The notes beneath the pieces were generated by a model that saw nothing but the letters and a program-made list of their open reading frames with translations, ran no database searches and was not told where the DNA came from. A DNA stretch of 63,904 nt, counting the filler, from Octopus bimaculoides (lineage: Eukaryota): the NCBI RefSeq assembly GCF_001194135.2. It is 4 parts of 4 records of this genome, joined end to end, with 100 filler letters (N's around TTAATTAATTAA, not from the genome) between each part and the next. Parts side by side here need not be neighbours in the genome. Positions count along the whole stretch, not along the records: positions 62,120 to 63,904 come from NC_069003.1; 3 more parts are not named here. One strand, given 5' to 3'. Each line of letters starts with the position of its first letter. Positions within the stretch are counted from its first letter, which is position 1. Shown here one piece after another: positions 62,020 to 63,904 of the stretch. The position numbers and the translations under genes are program-made.

Positions 62020-62119
62020 NNNNNNNNNNNNNNNNNNNNNNNNNNNNNNNNNNNNNNNNNNNNTTAATTAATTAANNNNNNNNNNNNNNNNNNNNNNNNN
62101 NNNNNNNNNNNNNNNNNNN
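62020..62119. other. Assembly linker N44-TTAATTAATTAA-N44
   Basis: Same 100-nt format; 12-mer at 62064-62075. Confidence 0.95.
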
Positions 62120-62174
<55 letters not shown>

Positions 62175-63607
62175 ATAATACCGAAACGATACCTCGAATA
62201 CGTCGTTTTTGAATATGTCATTAAACAGGAAATGAACTTCCTCTTCATGTCCGAAAATTTTACTTAGCAGTGTAAACTGTTGCTGTTGCTGTTTGACTAT
62301 TGCTGGTGTTGTTGTTGTTGTTGTTATTGCTACTGTTGTTATAGTTCTAGCTGTCGTCATCGTTTTCAACCCCAAGTCTGTCTTGGTCGAGCAGATAGTC
62401 CAATGATCGAAACCGTTCCAGCCATGACTATACCATATTACTGTTTTTCTTTATGTGAATAGAATTCACTGAACTAAATTTTCTAATATGTTCTTCGTTT
62501 TCTAAAACGGTAGGAGCGTATGATTTGAAAGAGATTTGGCTGTTATTTTAGTTGGTTGAATGATTTCATAAAAATTTGTTATTGGTTGTTGTTGCTTAAT
62601 CTACGATCAAAAGCATGTCAAAGCTGGCTGTTGTCTTTATTTCTCTTCTTTCTTTTTGTCATTATGTGTTTAGAACTAAATCATATCACGATCTGTGCAC
62701 AGATCAGTAACAGCAGGTATAAAATAAAATCTTAGTAAAGGGTCAGCTTTAGTAAAACAGGATACGATGGCGTAATTGACAGATAAAGAGAAATTTGTTG
62801 ATTAACTGGTCTATGAAAAGCGACAAACAGAGAAACAATTCTAAAAACAGCAGGGTATGATTACGCAATCGAAAATCACGTGACAGAACAACCATTGAAT
62901 CAACCAATGAAGAGCAGTTAGAAGACAATGATAAAACAAACATGGATTTTTTTAAAAAGAAATAAAATTATTACCTAGATATAATAGCGAAGTCAACCAA
63001 CGAAAACAGAACAACCTACAAATAGTCAACTAAAGGACGGCAGTCGTAGGGAAGTCCCTAATAGGTTATTTTAAGGAACTAGCTAATGCAAACGACAGCT
63101 ATATATAAATGAATGAATCCCCTCCGGTGTATATAAAAATATTCTTTTTTAAGAATAAAATATTCTTTTTTAGATAGTTTGTCTGATGATCGCAGTGACG
63201 AGAAACTGAAGCCTCAAGAAAAAGAACAATATACACTACATTTTGTATTGGAATCCCCTTCTTCCTTAGTTGACAAATTATACCATTTGAATGTGTATGA
63301 AACACAGAAAGAGAGACAGACAGATAGAGACAGACAGGCACAAAGAGACAGAGAGAGGGAGAATTTTATCAAAACAAGATATGATGACGTAACCGACAGA
63401 GAAAGATAAAAGCTATATCAAATAAATAATTTTAGAAAACAAAGTTTGATGATGTAATCGATAAGGACGTGTAGAGAAACCATTGAAGGAGCCAATGAAA
63501 ACTAATGCGAATTTTGGTATAAACAATTTATTTATTAATAAATCATGACGCGTACGGAGGGCAGTGAAAAATCAAAACAACGATGTTTCTTTTATTTTTT
63601 TATTGAT

Positions 63608-63812
63608 TACTTGTTTCGGTCATTAAACTGCAGCCATGCTGGAGCACCACCTTAAAGAATTTTTAGTCGAATGAATCGACCCCAGTACTTCTCTTATTTT
63701 CCAGCCTGTTACTTATTCCATCAGTGTCTTGCCGAACTGCTAAATTATGGGGAACGTAACCACATCAACACCGCTTCCCAGCGGTAGTGGAGGACGAACA
63801 CAGATACAAAGA
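63608..63812 (-). mobile_element. SINE family 1 3' tail module
   Basis: TTACTTGTTTCGGTCATTAAACTGCAGCCATGCTGGAGCACC...ATCGACCCCAGTACT...GACGAACACAGATACA; reverse complement of the 34545 tail. Confidence 0.85.
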
Positions 63813-63851
63813 CACACATACATGCACACACACACACTCATACATACACAT

Positions 63852-63904
<53 letters not shown>

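Overview
Eukaryotic, AT-rich, repeat-saturated DNA with many N-gaps. The two tRNA-derived SINE families, the microsatellite density and the retroelement mix point to a coleoid cephalopod, most likely Octopus (inference; no database search was run). I recognise no intact host gene, rRNA, tRNA gene or CRISPR array. Nearly all ORFs in the supplied track are translated microsatellites, N-gaps or transposon debris. Supported content: four mariner copies, a hAT MITE, a pogo-like MITE, five R4/Dong-like RLE retrotransposon fragments, CR1/L2-type and RTE reverse-transcriptase remnants, a Gypsy gag-pol remnant, two Penelope-like (PLE) GIY-YIG remnants and over a dozen SINE copies. Three identical 100-nt spacers (N44-TTAATTAATTAA-N44) are assembly linkers, so adjacency across them is not guaranteed. 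Best leads: (1) minimal type I hammerhead-ribozyme folds of two families. One family keeps stems I and III but has unrelated, still-pairing stem II sequences (2218-2272, 46142-46190). The other has a shared non-canonical A6-to-U core (31546-31583, 42619-42655). (2) R4/Dong-like elements that seem to split into (CATA)n-associated and (TAA)n-associated groups, including a tandem double insertion at 7649-8766. (3) A fold-back element with 94-bp inverted arms and a multi-stem cap at 33142-33587. (4) A possible decayed class A GPCR at 59476-60060. All coordinates and alignments were made by eye, and element ends are approximate.
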